In this document: positions 49,645 through 59,687 of the stretch, in pieces | How positions within the stretch are numbered: position 1 is the stretch's first letter | How the letters are laid out: every line of letters begins with the position of its first letter | Translations under genes and position numbers: made by a program | Notes under the pieces: generated by a model | Database searches by the model: none | Told to the model about the DNA's origin: nothing | Seen by the model: only the letters and a program-made list of their open reading frames with translations | DNA from: a virus | Strand: one strand, 5' to 3' | IMG/VR virus record: IMGVR_UViG_3300047160_007939 | Coordinates: 55,515-119,514 of that record | DNA length: 64,000 bases

Positions 49645-50661
49645 GTGTTACTACGCTGCTACCAGCCGAAGAACTTTCGGCAGGCTACCCTGGCCGTCAT
49701 CGAGAAGGTGAACGGCATCGTGGAGCAGTACGCCCAGATGGGGTTCGACCTCACGCTCCGGCAGGTGTACTACCAGATGGTCGCTAGAGGTCATCTACCC
49801 AACAAGCAGACCGAGTACGATCGCCTCGGGCAGATCGTCGCGGATGGCCGGCTGGCCGGCTTGATCCCGTGGGACCGCATCGTGGACCGCACCCGGAACC
49901 GCCGGAGCGTCTCCCACTGGACCTCGCCTTCGGACATCATCTCCGCCCAGGCTTTCCACTACCGCATCGACAAGTGGAAGGGCCAGGAGTGGCGACCGTG
50001 GGTCTGGATCGAGAAGGAGGCGCTCGTGGGCGTCATCGAGCCGGTGTGCCGCGAGCTGGATGTCTCCTGGTTCGCCTGCCGTGGCTACGTCTCGCTCTCG
50101 GAGATGTGGGCAGCCGCGAGGGAAATGCCGGAAAGCCAGAAGATCCTGCTGGTCCACCTCGGCGACCACGATCCGAGCGGGATCGATATGACCAGGGACA
50201 TCCGCGAGCGGTTCCAGCTCTTCGAGCGGTGGAACGACCGGGTGAGGGTGAAGCGCATCGCGCTCAACATGCCACAGATCGAAGAGATGAACCCGCCGCC
50301 GAACCCGGCGAAGGAGACGGACAGCCGGTTCGGGACCTACCTCGACACCTACGGCGAGGAGAGCTGGGAGCTGGACGCGCTCCCGCCCGACTACATCGAG
50401 AACATCATCAGGGAAACGATCCTGGAGGTGCGCGACGACGAGAAGTGGGGCGAGCAACTGGCGAAGGAGAAGGAGCAGCGGCGGCTGTTGCGCGCCGTCT
50501 CCGAGAACTGGACCACCATCGCGGACGAGACAGGCGACCGCATCACGGACGAAACCTACGATGAGCCGGAGCAGGACCCTGCGCCGGAGCACCAGGAGGA
50601 GTTCGTGCCGCGAGGCTGGGACACCGGCGCAGACGGCGACGAAGACGAAGACGAAGAGTAG
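49645..50661 (+). CDS. Topo VI-A/Spo11-like wHTH-Toprim protein
   Basis: LTLRQVYYQMV, VWIEKEAL, GDHDPSG Toprim motif, ELDAL. Confidence 0.75.
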   Translation: MLLRCYQPKNFRQATLAVIEKVNGIVEQYAQMGFDLTLRQVYYQMVARGHLPNKQTEYDRLGQIVADGRLAGLIPWDRIVDRTRNRRSVSHWTSPSDIISAQAFHYRIDKWKGQEWRPWVWIEKEALVGVIEPVCRELDVSWFACRGYVSLSEMWAAAREMPESQKILLVHLGDHDPSGIDMTRDIRERFQLFERWNDRVRVKRIALNMPQIEEMNPPPNPAKETDSRFGTYLDTYGEESWELDALPPDYIENIIRETILEVRDDEKWGEQLAKEKEQRRLLRAVSENWTTIADETGDRITDETYDEPEQDPAPEHQEEFVPRGWDTGADGDEDEDEE

Positions 50662-50670
50662 GAGCTGCAC

Positions 50671-50723
50671 GAAAGGCCCGCTGCTGGGGGAGCTGAAACC
50701 CCGGCGGCGGGCCTTTTCGTTTT
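50671..50723 (+). terminator. intrinsic, probably bidirectional, terminator near the convergence point
   Basis: AAAGGCCCGCTGCTGGGG..CCCCGGCGGCGGGCCTTTT-CGTTTT. Confidence 0.75.
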
Positions 50724-50849
50724 GGTGGTGACGAACGATTGACAGGTTGGGGGTTGGACCGTAGAAAGGAGAACTTAACGCCGGCCCGAGGATCCCGCCC
50801 TGCCGCTCGTATTGTAGCACACCCGAGCCGTCCTGTCTTCGGGCGTGCC

Positions 50850-51116
50850 TCACTTCCGCCGCGTCACCCGGTACGCCAGCCCTCCCCTGCCGTGGCCGTG
50901 GCTCCCGTCTTTCCTGCCGGCCAGCCAGCCGGCCAGGGTGTAGCCGGCATTCCACCACCGCTCCTGGTAGTAGCGCCGCACCAGCCTCGGCAGGCTCGGT
51001 CGCCAGCAGTAGGCAAAGCCGCCGTCGCAGTGGACCCGGTAGTTGCCTCCGATGAGGAAAGCCAGCCAGCCGGGTCGCAACCGTTCTCTCCAACCCGAGA
51101 GGTCGTCCATCACCAT
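50850..51116 (-). CDS. hypothetical protein
   Basis: Short ORF with GGGAG RBS after the sigma gene. Confidence 0.4.
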   Translation of the reverse strand: MVMDDLSGWRERLRPGWLAFLIGGNYRVHCDGGFAYCWRPSLPRLVRRYYQERWWNAGYTLAGWLAGRKDGSHGHGRGGLAYRVTRRK

Positions 51117-51132
51117 CTCCCTTCACCTGGGA

Positions 51133-51954
51133 TCACAAGACCATATCCACCTGCCTCGCTTCTTCAAGCATTGCTTTCAGCAGCTCGTGCGCCTCGCGTT
51201 CGAGCTGCCATACTCGGGTACGCCCGAGCTTCACGCCTCGGGCTTTGTAGCGGCTGGAAATGGCGACGTAAGTCTCACCGGCCATCCGCAGCGAGAGTAT
51301 CTCGCGCAGGCGGGCCGGCAACTGGAGCAGCATCGCCTGGAGCGTCACCGTCGCCTCGTTCTGGGCCACCGCGCGAAACGGGTCACCGTCTTCGGCGACC
51401 AGGGTGGCGATCAGGGTGTCTTCCTCAAAGTCGCCGTCGCTGTTATCGGCATCAGGAGTACCGAGCGCGTCCAGGGAGCACACCTCGACAATGGCCCCGC
51501 GCTGCGCGTAGACCTCGAACTCGTCCATCGACATCTTGAGCGCCTGGGCACGCAGGCCGTTGGTGACGAAGCCGTGCCGCCGCTCCAGCCGGGCATCGAG
51601 CTGGCGCAGCTCTTTCTCGCGGCGGCGCGCGGAGCGCGTGGCCCAATCATCTTTGCGAAGGAAGTCCTTCAGCGCGCCGCGCACGAGGTCGGCTGCGTAG
51701 CTGTCGAACTTCAGACCACGATGGGGGTCGTAGCGGTCCACCGCGAGCGAGAGAGCGATCATTCCCTCTTGCTCCAGGTCCTGGGGGGAGATGTGCGAGG
51801 GAGCCGCGAAGCCTGGGAGCACGATCCTGGCGACGATATAGGCGTAGTGTGCCACGAGCACACCCTTCAGCCGGATGGCATCGGGCGTCTCTACCTGGGT
51901 CGCTGCCCAGAACCGTCTCCAGGTACGGTCTAGCTCAAAGGCGTCGAGTGTCAC
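51133..51954 (-). CDS. RNA polymerase sigma factor, FliA/WhiG (sigma28)-like
   Basis: Region 2 DLEQEGMIALSLAVDRYDPHRGLKFDSYA..RGALKDFLRKDDW..RSAR; region 4 LPARLREIL..RVWQLE. Confidence 0.85.
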   Translation of the reverse strand: MTLDAFELDRTWRRFWAATQVETPDAIRLKGVLVAHYAYIVARIVLPGFAAPSHISPQDLEQEGMIALSLAVDRYDPHRGLKFDSYAADLVRGALKDFLRKDDWATRSARRREKELRQLDARLERRHGFVTNGLRAQALKMSMDEFEVYAQRGAIVEVCSLDALGTPDADNSDGDFEEDTLIATLVAEDGDPFRAVAQNEATVTLQAMLLQLPARLREILSLRMAGETYVAISSRYKARGVKLGRTRVWQLEREAHELLKAMLEEARQVDMVL

Positions 51955-52066
51955 CTTCGCTCCACCGAGGGACCTCCCTCGCGTGGAGCATCAGGCTGGG
52001 ATAACAGGCGGAACTGTTACCTCAGCCGAAGCTCCCTAACTCCTATCGTGTGCCGAAGCTCGTGGG

Positions 52067-52327
52067 CTACGGCTTCTTTTCACCCTGCGGTACGGTGCTC
52101 TTCTGCTCGGTCACGCTGCGCTGCTCGGTGACCACGTTCTTCTGCTGGGTAACCACCCCACCCTTCTGCTCGGTGGCGGTCACCTCACCCTTTCCAGGAC
52201 CCTCGTCCTCATCCTCGTCTTCGTGGTGATGCTTGTGCTTCTTGTGATGGCCGGCAAGAGCGGCAGCCGGAAGAAGAGCGAGAAGGGCGACGGGTCCGAA
52301 CGATCCTACGAAGTGTCTGCGGGTCAT
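52067..52327 (-). CDS. small Tat-signal protein with His-rich and acidic tracts
   Basis: MTRRHF + hydrophobic helix + ALA, then GHHKKHKHHHEDEDEDE and TEQK repeats. Confidence 0.55.
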   Translation of the reverse strand: MTRRHFVGSFGPVALLALLPAAALAGHHKKHKHHHEDEDEDEGPGKGEVTATEQKGGVVTQQKNVVTEQRSVTEQKSTVPQGEKKP

Positions 52328-52339
52328 CTTTACTGCTTT

Positions 52340-52888
52340 CTACACGGAGGGTCCGAACAGGAAGGTGCATTCGAGGGGAGAGGTCTGACCGGAGTTCGCG
52401 CAGGCGAAGGCCAGCCAGGAGTTCGTGTTGTCCAGCGGCGTGTTCTGGCTGCCGTCTGGAATGTCTATCTCGGCTGTGGGGTTGAGCCGGATGACGATGC
52501 CGCCGGGGGTCCAGCCCCACTGCGTCAGCCCGTTGGTCTGCGGGAGCTGCATATCCACGTAGTTACCGGGTGTCGGGTCAGCGTTTCGGATCCGCAGCGC
52601 GCGAAGCACCTTCCCCGTCGTCTGATAGTCGTAGAGGGGAACGGACGTGCCGCCGGGTCCGAAGGGCGCAGGGTCAACGAGGTGTATCTCACGGACGGCG
52701 CTGCCTACGGCCACGAAGGTCCCGAAGAGCATCCCATCCACGTTGAGGTCGGGGGCTTTTAGACCCAGCCCGCCCTGGCGGATCATTCCCGCGCCGGATG
52801 ACGGCTGCCCACCCATGTCACCGGCGAGCGCAAAGCGCGCCGTGATCATATTCTGGACCTGGGCCGAGATAGTTGCGGTGACGGCCAT
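52340..52888 (-). CDS. putative virion structural protein
   Basis: MAVTATIS start, beta-rich composition, in the late block. Confidence 0.5.
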   Translation of the reverse strand: MAVTATISAQVQNMITARFALAGDMGGQPSSGAGMIRQGGLGLKAPDLNVDGMLFGTFVAVGSAVREIHLVDPAPFGPGGTSVPLYDYQTTGKVLRALRIRNADPTPGNYVDMQLPQTNGLTQWGWTPGGIVIRLNPTAEIDIPDGSQNTPLDNTNSWLAFACANSGQTSPLECTFLFGPSV

Positions 52889-52932
52889 CGACGGCTCCTA
52901 ACTCCCTGTGTCCCCAGGCGGGACGCTTCGCT

Positions 52933-53427
52933 CTAATAGTTCCTTCGCCCTGCACCCCTGAAGGTTCCTTTAGGCGCTTCTCCGTAAGGCCAAACCGTGG
53001 CTTGCCCGCACTTCTTACACTGGTCCCGCAGGCCGGTGGGAGCGCAGTCGTTACAGTGCCAAGTATGGCACATCACGCACAGGCTGCCAGCCGGCTGGCC
53101 GCAGTCGATGCAGACCTGCTCGGTATCGCGGAAGCTCGCCGTGTGCGCGGTGGGCGGCATCGGAGCGCCGTTCGGGTGGAAACCCGCATAGGCGAGCGCG
53201 CCCACGGGCCGGATCTGGGCCGGCCCGGTACGCATCATCAGGTTCTCGCCATCAAAGCCGCCGTCGCCCAGCTCCACCTCGCCGTCGTTGGGCCTGCCGG
53301 CTTCGGCGAGGAGAGCGAGGATCCGCTCCGCCTCCAGTATCTCCTGGATGGTCGGCTGCCTGGGTCGCGGCGGGATCTGCGGGCTGTCAGACGGCGGCTG
53401 CGGCTGGCCGATGTTTCGGGTTCGCAC
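52933..53427 (-). CDS. hypothetical protein with C-terminal zinc finger
   Basis: CIDC..CVMC..CNDC..CKKC; GGAGG RBS. Confidence 0.55.
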   Translation of the reverse strand: MRTRNIGQPQPPSDSPQIPPRPRQPTIQEILEAERILALLAEAGRPNDGEVELGDGGFDGENLMMRTGPAQIRPVGALAYAGFHPNGAPMPPTAHTASFRDTEQVCIDCGQPAGSLCVMCHTWHCNDCAPTGLRDQCKKCGQATVWPYGEAPKGTFRGAGRRNY

Positions 53428-56269
53428 TTAACCCTCCTCCAATCTTGCCGGCGTGCTGCTTCAGGATGCCGTCCCAGGTGACCGGCTCCTCGCTTCGCTC
53501 TGGCAACGCAGGCTGGTAGTTCACGTTGGCGACGAACGGGAACGCGAAGTTGAACGGCGTGATGTACTCCGCTCTGATGTTAGACCGAAAGCGCATCGAT
53601 CCTCCGAGGCAGGTCCAGACGAGTGAGTGGGCCATCACATAGAGTTGGTTCTGCCACACCCCGCTCTTGCTCTCCATCAGTTGGATCGACATCATCGGGA
53701 AGATGCCGGGTTGCATAAACGCCTCGAAGCCTGCCGAGTAGCCAGGGATCCGCATCATCCGGTAGTAGTTCAGGATGGCGCTCATCGCAAAGGGCAGGTT
53801 GGCGAACTTGCTGTCCATCTGCACGAAGGGCTTCCGGTAGCCGACATAGTTGAAGACGCCGGGCGAGTAGATGCTGTCGCTGTCGTTCGCCCAGGTCACG
53901 ATGGGGTTCCAGCCGCCGGCTCCGCCCACCGAGTTCACCCCGATCACCCGGAAGACGTTTCGGATGTCGTGGCCGTCCCAGGCAACCTCGGTGTTCCACA
54001 CCTCGGAGAGATTGGCTCCCTCGGGTCCGGTGGGAGCCTCGGTGTAGATGGCCTGCACCACGCCGGCCACCGGCGGGATCCACGGCTCGAAGTGGAAGTA
54101 GCCGTAGTTGTCGAAGTACATCAGAGCCTGGGCCGGCTGGCGGATGTAGTTGAGCAGGTCCATCACACTCGATACCCGGTCTACCGGGGTCCACGGCTTG
54201 CTGCCGAAGCCCATCGGCAGGAAGTAGCCCTGCTCCCCGGTCATCGGGTTATAGTTCGGGTCCGCTGGCGACACGCCGTCAGGATCGATCATCGCGTTCC
54301 AGTCGTCGCCGAGGGTTGTCTCCTGGCCGCTCATCGGGTCCACAGCCGGCACGAGGAAGCGGAAGGCCAGTTGGCTGGCGTGGAACCCGGCTACCTGGGC
54401 CAGATACGCGGCAGCGGCGTAGATGTTCCACCCATCCATATCCGGCGGGCTGAACGAGTAGCCGTCTTCGAGCTGGCCCATCTGGTCTTCGCAGTAGACG
54501 CGCAGGTTGGCCTGGGATGCCGAAGACCGCTCCCACTGGTAGCGGCGCGCTTTACCCACGAACCGTTGCGTCAGGCCCACGGGTGGGTCCGCGTACCCGA
54601 CGCTGAAGGAGACGGCACTCTCCCCGAAGGCTCCCGCCCACTCGCCGTGCTGGTTGTCCACCACGAAGGAGAAGGTGTGCCGGAGCGTCAGGTTCTGCTT
54701 GTCGAACTGCCAGTCTTCCTGCACCTCTTTCGGAATGAGCGCCCGAGCATTCGGGCCGAGGAGCTGATACCACGTCCCAGGCGCACCGATCCCTACTCTC
54801 GTGCATACGGCTGTTAAGTCAGCGTAATAGTCATCCGCCCACTGGATGGGCTGGCCGCTGGCGTCCGCAGCCGGCACGTTATAGATAGCGAGGTCGTACT
54901 GCTGGTCCTGGGAGTAGGACGACGTGCCGGGGGAGATGCCGCAGATGATCTGCGAGCCGTAGGGGAAAGCCAGGGTCCAGGGGTCGTAGCTGCCACGGAT
55001 CACCGCGTCCGAGATGCCGTTCATCCGGTAGACCAGCACCCCGTTCGTCGGCTCGCCCATGTTGATGGGCGTGCTGCGCCGCCACGCGAAGGTCCCCCAC
55101 TTGCAGAGGTGCGCGGCAGCCGAGAGATAGGTGAAGTTGGAAACCTGGACGGAAATCTCGGTGATGCGCGGCTCCTCGGAGTAGGGGATGTCGTACTCGA
55201 TGAGCACCGGCGTCGTCATCCCGCCGATGGAGACGCGCATCGTGAAGTTCAGGTAGAGCACCGAGACGACCGTGTAGTAGCCGCCGTCATCGGTGGTGTC
55301 GCTGGCCGTCCACTTGTACTGGTCGCTCTCGTTCTGGCTGGGCTTGACGCCGGCCACCAGGGTCTTCCACGTCTCCCCCTGGTCCACCGAGTACTGGATC
55401 TTCGGCAGGTCCCCACTGGTGAGGAGAGCCGAGAACATCACTCCTTTGCTCGGGTCCATCGAGCTGCTCTGGCCCCGCTGTCCCCGGTACGGAGGCAGGT
55501 TCCAGTTGCAACGGCACTGGCTCGGTACGCCTCCGTCGATGCTGGCTGGATCCCAGCCGACAAAGAAGGTCACTCCCTGCGCCTGGGCATTCTCGGTCTG
55601 GTCGCCCTGACCGCCGGTCCCACCGCTCCCGCCGGTGGTGTCGCGGGGAGTTCCGGCCTGCCGGCTTTTCCGGCTCCGCCGCCGGTAGCGGCGCATCTGG
55701 GGCGTGCCCGGTCCCCCGAACCCGCCGCCACCGCTGCCGCTGCCGTCGCTGCTGCCGCCTGTTCCGCTGCCCTGTGAGAAGCCGGTGAGCGGCGCGTATA
55801 TCTGGGCGAAGTTAGTCTGGTCGTCTGCCGAGGGGGTCCAGCTTCCGTTCGGCTCGATGCTGATCATATCCCCGCCCGGCGGGTGCGAGCCGGGGTCTCC
55901 GATCACCGTCGCCTCGTCGCCGGCATTGTCCAGCCCCACATCGAAGTTGAGCGGGAGGTCGCCCGAGCTGGGATCATCGCCGCCGCTGTCGTAGAACCAC
56001 GTCAACAGCTCGGGCGTGTCTCCCATATCGTTGACGATGGACGTGCCCGAGCCGGAGCTGTCGTAAATCTGCTGGCCGTGCGGCACGAAGATCGGTGTCG
56101 GCATACAGCCGGTGGCGTAGCCATCGATCTTGAGCTGGTCGCCGTCATCGGTGTTGCCCACCCCGAAGCTCATCGCGTAGTCGGAGACGATGATGCTGGG
56201 CGTCTGCTGAAGCGGAAAGACCGCTCCCACGGCATCCACCAGCAGCTCTCCGATGGGTACGGCTTTCAC
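53387..56269 (-). CDS. large tail/baseplate hub-like protein
   Basis: About 960 aa, G/D/S/T-rich, downstream of the tape-measure-like gene; YFDNYGYFHF..IRNVFRVIG resembles tail hub proteins. Confidence 0.55.
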   Translation of the reverse strand: MKAVPIGELLVDAVGAVFPLQQTPSIIVSDYAMSFGVGNTDDGDQLKIDGYATGCMPTPIFVPHGQQIYDSSGSGTSIVNDMGDTPELLTWFYDSGGDDPSSGDLPLNFDVGLDNAGDEATVIGDPGSHPPGGDMISIEPNGSWTPSADDQTNFAQIYAPLTGFSQGSGTGGSSDGSGSGGGGFGGPGTPQMRRYRRRSRKSRQAGTPRDTTGGSGGTGGQGDQTENAQAQGVTFFVGWDPASIDGGVPSQCRCNWNLPPYRGQRGQSSSMDPSKGVMFSALLTSGDLPKIQYSVDQGETWKTLVAGVKPSQNESDQYKWTASDTTDDGGYYTVVSVLYLNFTMRVSIGGMTTPVLIEYDIPYSEEPRITEISVQVSNFTYLSAAAHLCKWGTFAWRRSTPINMGEPTNGVLVYRMNGISDAVIRGSYDPWTLAFPYGSQIICGISPGTSSYSQDQQYDLAIYNVPAADASGQPIQWADDYYADLTAVCTRVGIGAPGTWYQLLGPNARALIPKEVQEDWQFDKQNLTLRHTFSFVVDNQHGEWAGAFGESAVSFSVGYADPPVGLTQRFVGKARRYQWERSSASQANLRVYCEDQMGQLEDGYSFSPPDMDGWNIYAAAAYLAQVAGFHASQLAFRFLVPAVDPMSGQETTLGDDWNAMIDPDGVSPADPNYNPMTGEQGYFLPMGFGSKPWTPVDRVSSVMDLLNYIRQPAQALMYFDNYGYFHFEPWIPPVAGVVQAIYTEAPTGPEGANLSEVWNTEVAWDGHDIRNVFRVIGVNSVGGAGGWNPIVTWANDSDSIYSPGVFNYVGYRKPFVQMDSKFANLPFAMSAILNYYRMMRIPGYSAGFEAFMQPGIFPMMSIQLMESKSGVWQNQLYVMAHSLVWTCLGGSMRFRSNIRAEYITPFNFAFPFVANVNYQPALPERSEEPVTWDGILKQHAGKIGGGLSANPKHRPAAAAV

Positions 56270-57273
56270 GACCTGCTCCTCTGGCGCGGAGGCGCGGTGG
56301 GCGGCGGATAGGCTGGCCCGATGCGATGCCAGGACAGGCCGCGATCCTCGCTCCACCAGTGGCTCGCGGAAGGCTCGCGCGTGAGCGTCCCCGCGCCGTC
56401 GTCATAGACCATCGTCGCCGCCATCCGAAACGTGCCGTCCGACGCCCGGTCGAGGGCAATGCTGTCACCGGTGGTGAGGAGCGGCCACATTGCGTCCGGG
56501 TCATCAGGCGGATTGTTCGGGTCCGGTGGTGGGTCCGGGTTATTCGGGTCGAAGGGTGGGTCCGGTGGGTTGGACGGGTCGGGGAGTACTGTGCCGCTGT
56601 CCGCGTCATAGCACCAGAAAGCCGGGTCGCTGGAGTTGTCGAAGCTGTCGGCATCACCGGAAGTGTTGGTCTGGTTGTCGTTCGGCCAGCGGTCGATCTT
56701 CCGCTGGATCATTCCCTTCAGGTAGACCGGATTGGCGAGGTCGGTCGGGTCGCCGATGGTGGGATCGGTGGGCGTCACCGCGAGGAGAAGCGCCGTGCCG
56801 TGGATGTCCTTCCTCACACGAAGATGCGTTGCGCCCTCGAAGCCTGCCACGGCTGTACTCCAGGTGAAGCCGCCATCATCGCTGTAGTTGAACAGCCCCC
56901 CGTGGCTGTTGACGCTGACCAGGATGATCTTATCTCCCGCCAGTTGTTCGAGGTCGGGATCGTTGCCCGACCAGCCTGGGGTAGCATACCGAGAGAAGTC
57001 GAAGTCTCCCGTCTCCTCCTCCGGCCCGAGGCGCTGCGCGAACTCGATATTGACGCCATCCGTAGCGAAGAGGTAGCGTCCCTCTCGTGTCTCCAGTACG
57101 GCCATCCCGCTGGCCGGCTGGGGAACCAGCGGGCCGTGGTCGAGCATCCAGCTTTCTTCGAGCACCGGCTGGCCGGTCCAGAAGACGGAAATCTTTCCGA
57201 ACGCGACGATTGGGGCCTGGGTGATCGAAACGTAGAGCGGCCCATCGGTTTCATCCGGGGCAAAGGTCGTCAT
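56266..57273 (-). CDS. tail-associated protein with Asp-box (BNR) motifs
   Basis: YSDDGGFTWS and WSEDRGLSW; P/D/N-rich linker. Confidence 0.6.
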   Translation of the reverse strand: MTTFAPDETDGPLYVSITQAPIVAFGKISVFWTGQPVLEESWMLDHGPLVPQPASGMAVLETREGRYLFATDGVNIEFAQRLGPEEETGDFDFSRYATPGWSGNDPDLEQLAGDKIILVSVNSHGGLFNYSDDGGFTWSTAVAGFEGATHLRVRKDIHGTALLLAVTPTDPTIGDPTDLANPVYLKGMIQRKIDRWPNDNQTNTSGDADSFDNSSDPAFWCYDADSGTVLPDPSNPPDPPFDPNNPDPPPDPNNPPDDPDAMWPLLTTGDSIALDRASDGTFRMAATMVYDDGAGTLTREPSASHWWSEDRGLSWHRIGPAYPPPTAPPRQRSRS

Positions 57274-58688
57274 CAGTGGAGCCGGAAGAAAATAAGCTCG
57301 GGCACAGTCACTGACGTACCCGCCGGTGTCGGCTTATCAGTCGAGCCGGGCAGCAGAAAGTATTGAAAAGACTTGCCGACGTTGGCTGGATCGTTGGGGT
57401 CGTCCTCCTGATACTGTGAGTTGGCGAGCAGAAGATAAAAGCCCGGATACCAGCCCACCTCGTCCACCACTCCGACCAGATAATCGGGGATCACGTAGTC
57501 CGTCATCGGCACATAGATCGAGACACCCCCCGTAACCATCTGCGCCGCGCCGTCGCCGCCGGTACTGAACGAGATGGTGGTCGCTACCCGCTGGTAAGCT
57601 TCCACGGGATGCACCGACCCGATAGGGATCGGATTGCCGTAGTAGTCTTTGACCATATCCCCCTGCCACATTGCCACGTAACCCGGCATCTCATCAACCG
57701 GCGGGGGTGGGAATTGACCGGGACCGCTGTACCCGCTCTCGTAGTCCCAATAGGAAGTGTAGGTCGCGCCCACGTACCAGACGGGTATCGAAGCCCATTT
57801 CGTAGGCACACGTATTTCCAGGTAATCCCCCTGCGCGGTAAAACCGGGAACATCAAGAGCGGTGACTTGCTCCCAGATGGTGTTCGTCGTGACGGTATCG
57901 CCCCAGCCGCCGCTGTAGGGCACGTACTCCGTAACCTGGTTGAGCGCCTCATCTACACCGTGGAACCCAATGGTGCCGCTCATCGTGCCGGAGCCGAGTG
58001 GAGATGGGTACAGGTAGACCGTAAACGGCGCAGGCGAGTAGGGCCGACCAGAGTAGAAACCACCAAGCGCGTAAGACCCGAAAGACAGCAGCATTTTGGC
58101 AAAGAAAAGGGTATCGCCTCCGTGCAGCCCGTCGAACGCCCGGTCATAGAACTCCGGGTGAGAGAAAAAGAATATCCGCCGATAGGGGTTGTAGTCTCCG
58201 CCGGTCGGAAACAGGTCGCTGTCGCCGTGCGCGCCGGGGCACGAGTTCGGATCTTCGGTGTACTCCATCGACAGGTATCCGCTCCCCGTAGCAGGCGTGC
58301 CGATCTGAAACGAATGGCCTGGGTAAACAGCCTGATGGTTTTCAAACTTCCACCACCAGAGCACCGTTCCCCCGGCATCGGTGAGATAGGGGTAGACATC
58401 GGTGTTATCATCCCACCACCCCACCGTCGGCTCGGGGAAATAAATCTGCATTGCCGGACTACGGCCCACCCAGGCTATCGGCACCGGCCTGTAGGTGTCA
58501 CCGCTGAACTCCGTCAAGCCGCCGCCGTTGTCGTCCGTGGCCGGGGTCATCGAGATGTGGATCTGAAACGGCAGGTTCGGCGTCTGGAGCACGCCGAAGC
58601 CGGCTTTGATCATCGTCATCTCGGCAGTGTCGGTGGCAGCACCGCAGTAGTGCCCGGCATACGGCCCACCTGGATCAGGAAAGCTCAT
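57273..58688 (-). CDS. putative minor tail protein
   Basis: Y/G/P-rich; N-terminus paralogous to the upstream gene. Confidence 0.55.
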   Translation of the reverse strand: MSFPDPGGPYAGHYCGAATDTAEMTMIKAGFGVLQTPNLPFQIHISMTPATDDNGGGLTEFSGDTYRPVPIAWVGRSPAMQIYFPEPTVGWWDDNTDVYPYLTDAGGTVLWWWKFENHQAVYPGHSFQIGTPATGSGYLSMEYTEDPNSCPGAHGDSDLFPTGGDYNPYRRIFFFSHPEFYDRAFDGLHGGDTLFFAKMLLSFGSYALGGFYSGRPYSPAPFTVYLYPSPLGSGTMSGTIGFHGVDEALNQVTEYVPYSGGWGDTVTTNTIWEQVTALDVPGFTAQGDYLEIRVPTKWASIPVWYVGATYTSYWDYESGYSGPGQFPPPPVDEMPGYVAMWQGDMVKDYYGNPIPIGSVHPVEAYQRVATTISFSTGGDGAAQMVTGGVSIYVPMTDYVIPDYLVGVVDEVGWYPGFYLLLANSQYQEDDPNDPANVGKSFQYFLLPGSTDKPTPAGTSVTVPELIFFRLH

Positions 58689-59683
58689 CAGTCGCAGTCC
58701 CAGACCAGCCCGCCGCTGGAAACGTAGAAGTAGCGATTATGGAGACCGCGATCATTCTGACCGCCGAACGCGAACCAGCGATTGCCGGAGCCGGGCGCAG
58801 CACTGTCGTACACCTCGGCAGTCATGTTCGTGTCCCAGGCCGCAGGGTTGGCGGGGTTCGGCTCGGTGGGCGCTCCGATCTTCCACTCGTAGTAGTCCTG
58901 GTTCCAGAAAGAAGCCATCCCGTTGCCGATGTTATGATCCGGCACGCTGAAGTTCTGGAGCTGCTTCCTCACGTAGTTCGGGTCCCCGCCGGCAGGATAG
59001 GAGCTGTCGCTCGGTTCCAGGTGGTTCGCATTCGTCATCGCCAGCCACCAGCTGGTGGGCGGTGAATAGCCGCCAAAGTTCACCGGCTGAAGCACCGTGC
59101 CGAGCGCGCCGTAGTACCAGTCCCTGCGGGTCCATCCACTGCCCTTTGATCCCTGCTCCAAAGAGAAGCCAATCCTGATGTCGCCGCCGGTCGCGTGCGC
59201 GTAGGGGTTGGTCATCTTGTCGAAGACAAGCAGGTGGTCCTTATCCACTCTCCCACAGAGCACCCTCCAGGTCCAGAGCGGTACGAGCACGCTGGGGTCC
59301 CAGCTATCCGCGAGAAAGGGGTAGATCCAGGTCTGGTCGGGCCACCAGTCCACGGTGGGCGTGGGGAAGACCACCGCATCCGTGGGCGTGCTCCAGATGC
59401 GCGTCCAGGAAGCCGTCACCGGGTCGGGTGCGTTCGGGTCGGCGTCATCCTTCACCTCGGCCCAATCCGGCATCTTCTGCGGCCAGTAGGTGTCCGGGTC
59501 GTAAGGCGTGTTGACCGGATCGGTGGTGAAGTTCGGGTAGGTGATGCCGTCGCCGTTGTCGGCCACCGGCGTCATCGAGATGTGTAGCCAGTACTCGTCG
59601 GGGATGTAGACCTGATCCCACCAGCCCATCCCGGCGGCGAGCAGGCTAATCTCGGTGTTGTTGAGTGCTGCGCCAAAGCCCAT
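58688..59683 (-). CDS. putative minor tail protein
   Basis: Directly follows the tape-measure-like gene; W/D/P-rich. Confidence 0.55.
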   Translation of the reverse strand: MGFGAALNNTEISLLAAGMGWWDQVYIPDEYWLHISMTPVADNGDGITYPNFTTDPVNTPYDPDTYWPQKMPDWAEVKDDADPNAPDPVTASWTRIWSTPTDAVVFPTPTVDWWPDQTWIYPFLADSWDPSVLVPLWTWRVLCGRVDKDHLLVFDKMTNPYAHATGGDIRIGFSLEQGSKGSGWTRRDWYYGALGTVLQPVNFGGYSPPTSWWLAMTNANHLEPSDSSYPAGGDPNYVRKQLQNFSVPDHNIGNGMASFWNQDYYEWKIGAPTEPNPANPAAWDTNMTAEVYDSAAPGSGNRWFAFGGQNDRGLHNRYFYVSSGGLVWDCD

Positions 59684-59687
59684 TGTC

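Noticed and set aside
50739-50775. TTGACA plus AGAAAGGAGAAC after the terminator, and ORF 50739-51539
   Set aside because: No -10 element at proper spacing and no start codon after the RBS; the ORF is low-complexity and antisense to the sigma gene.
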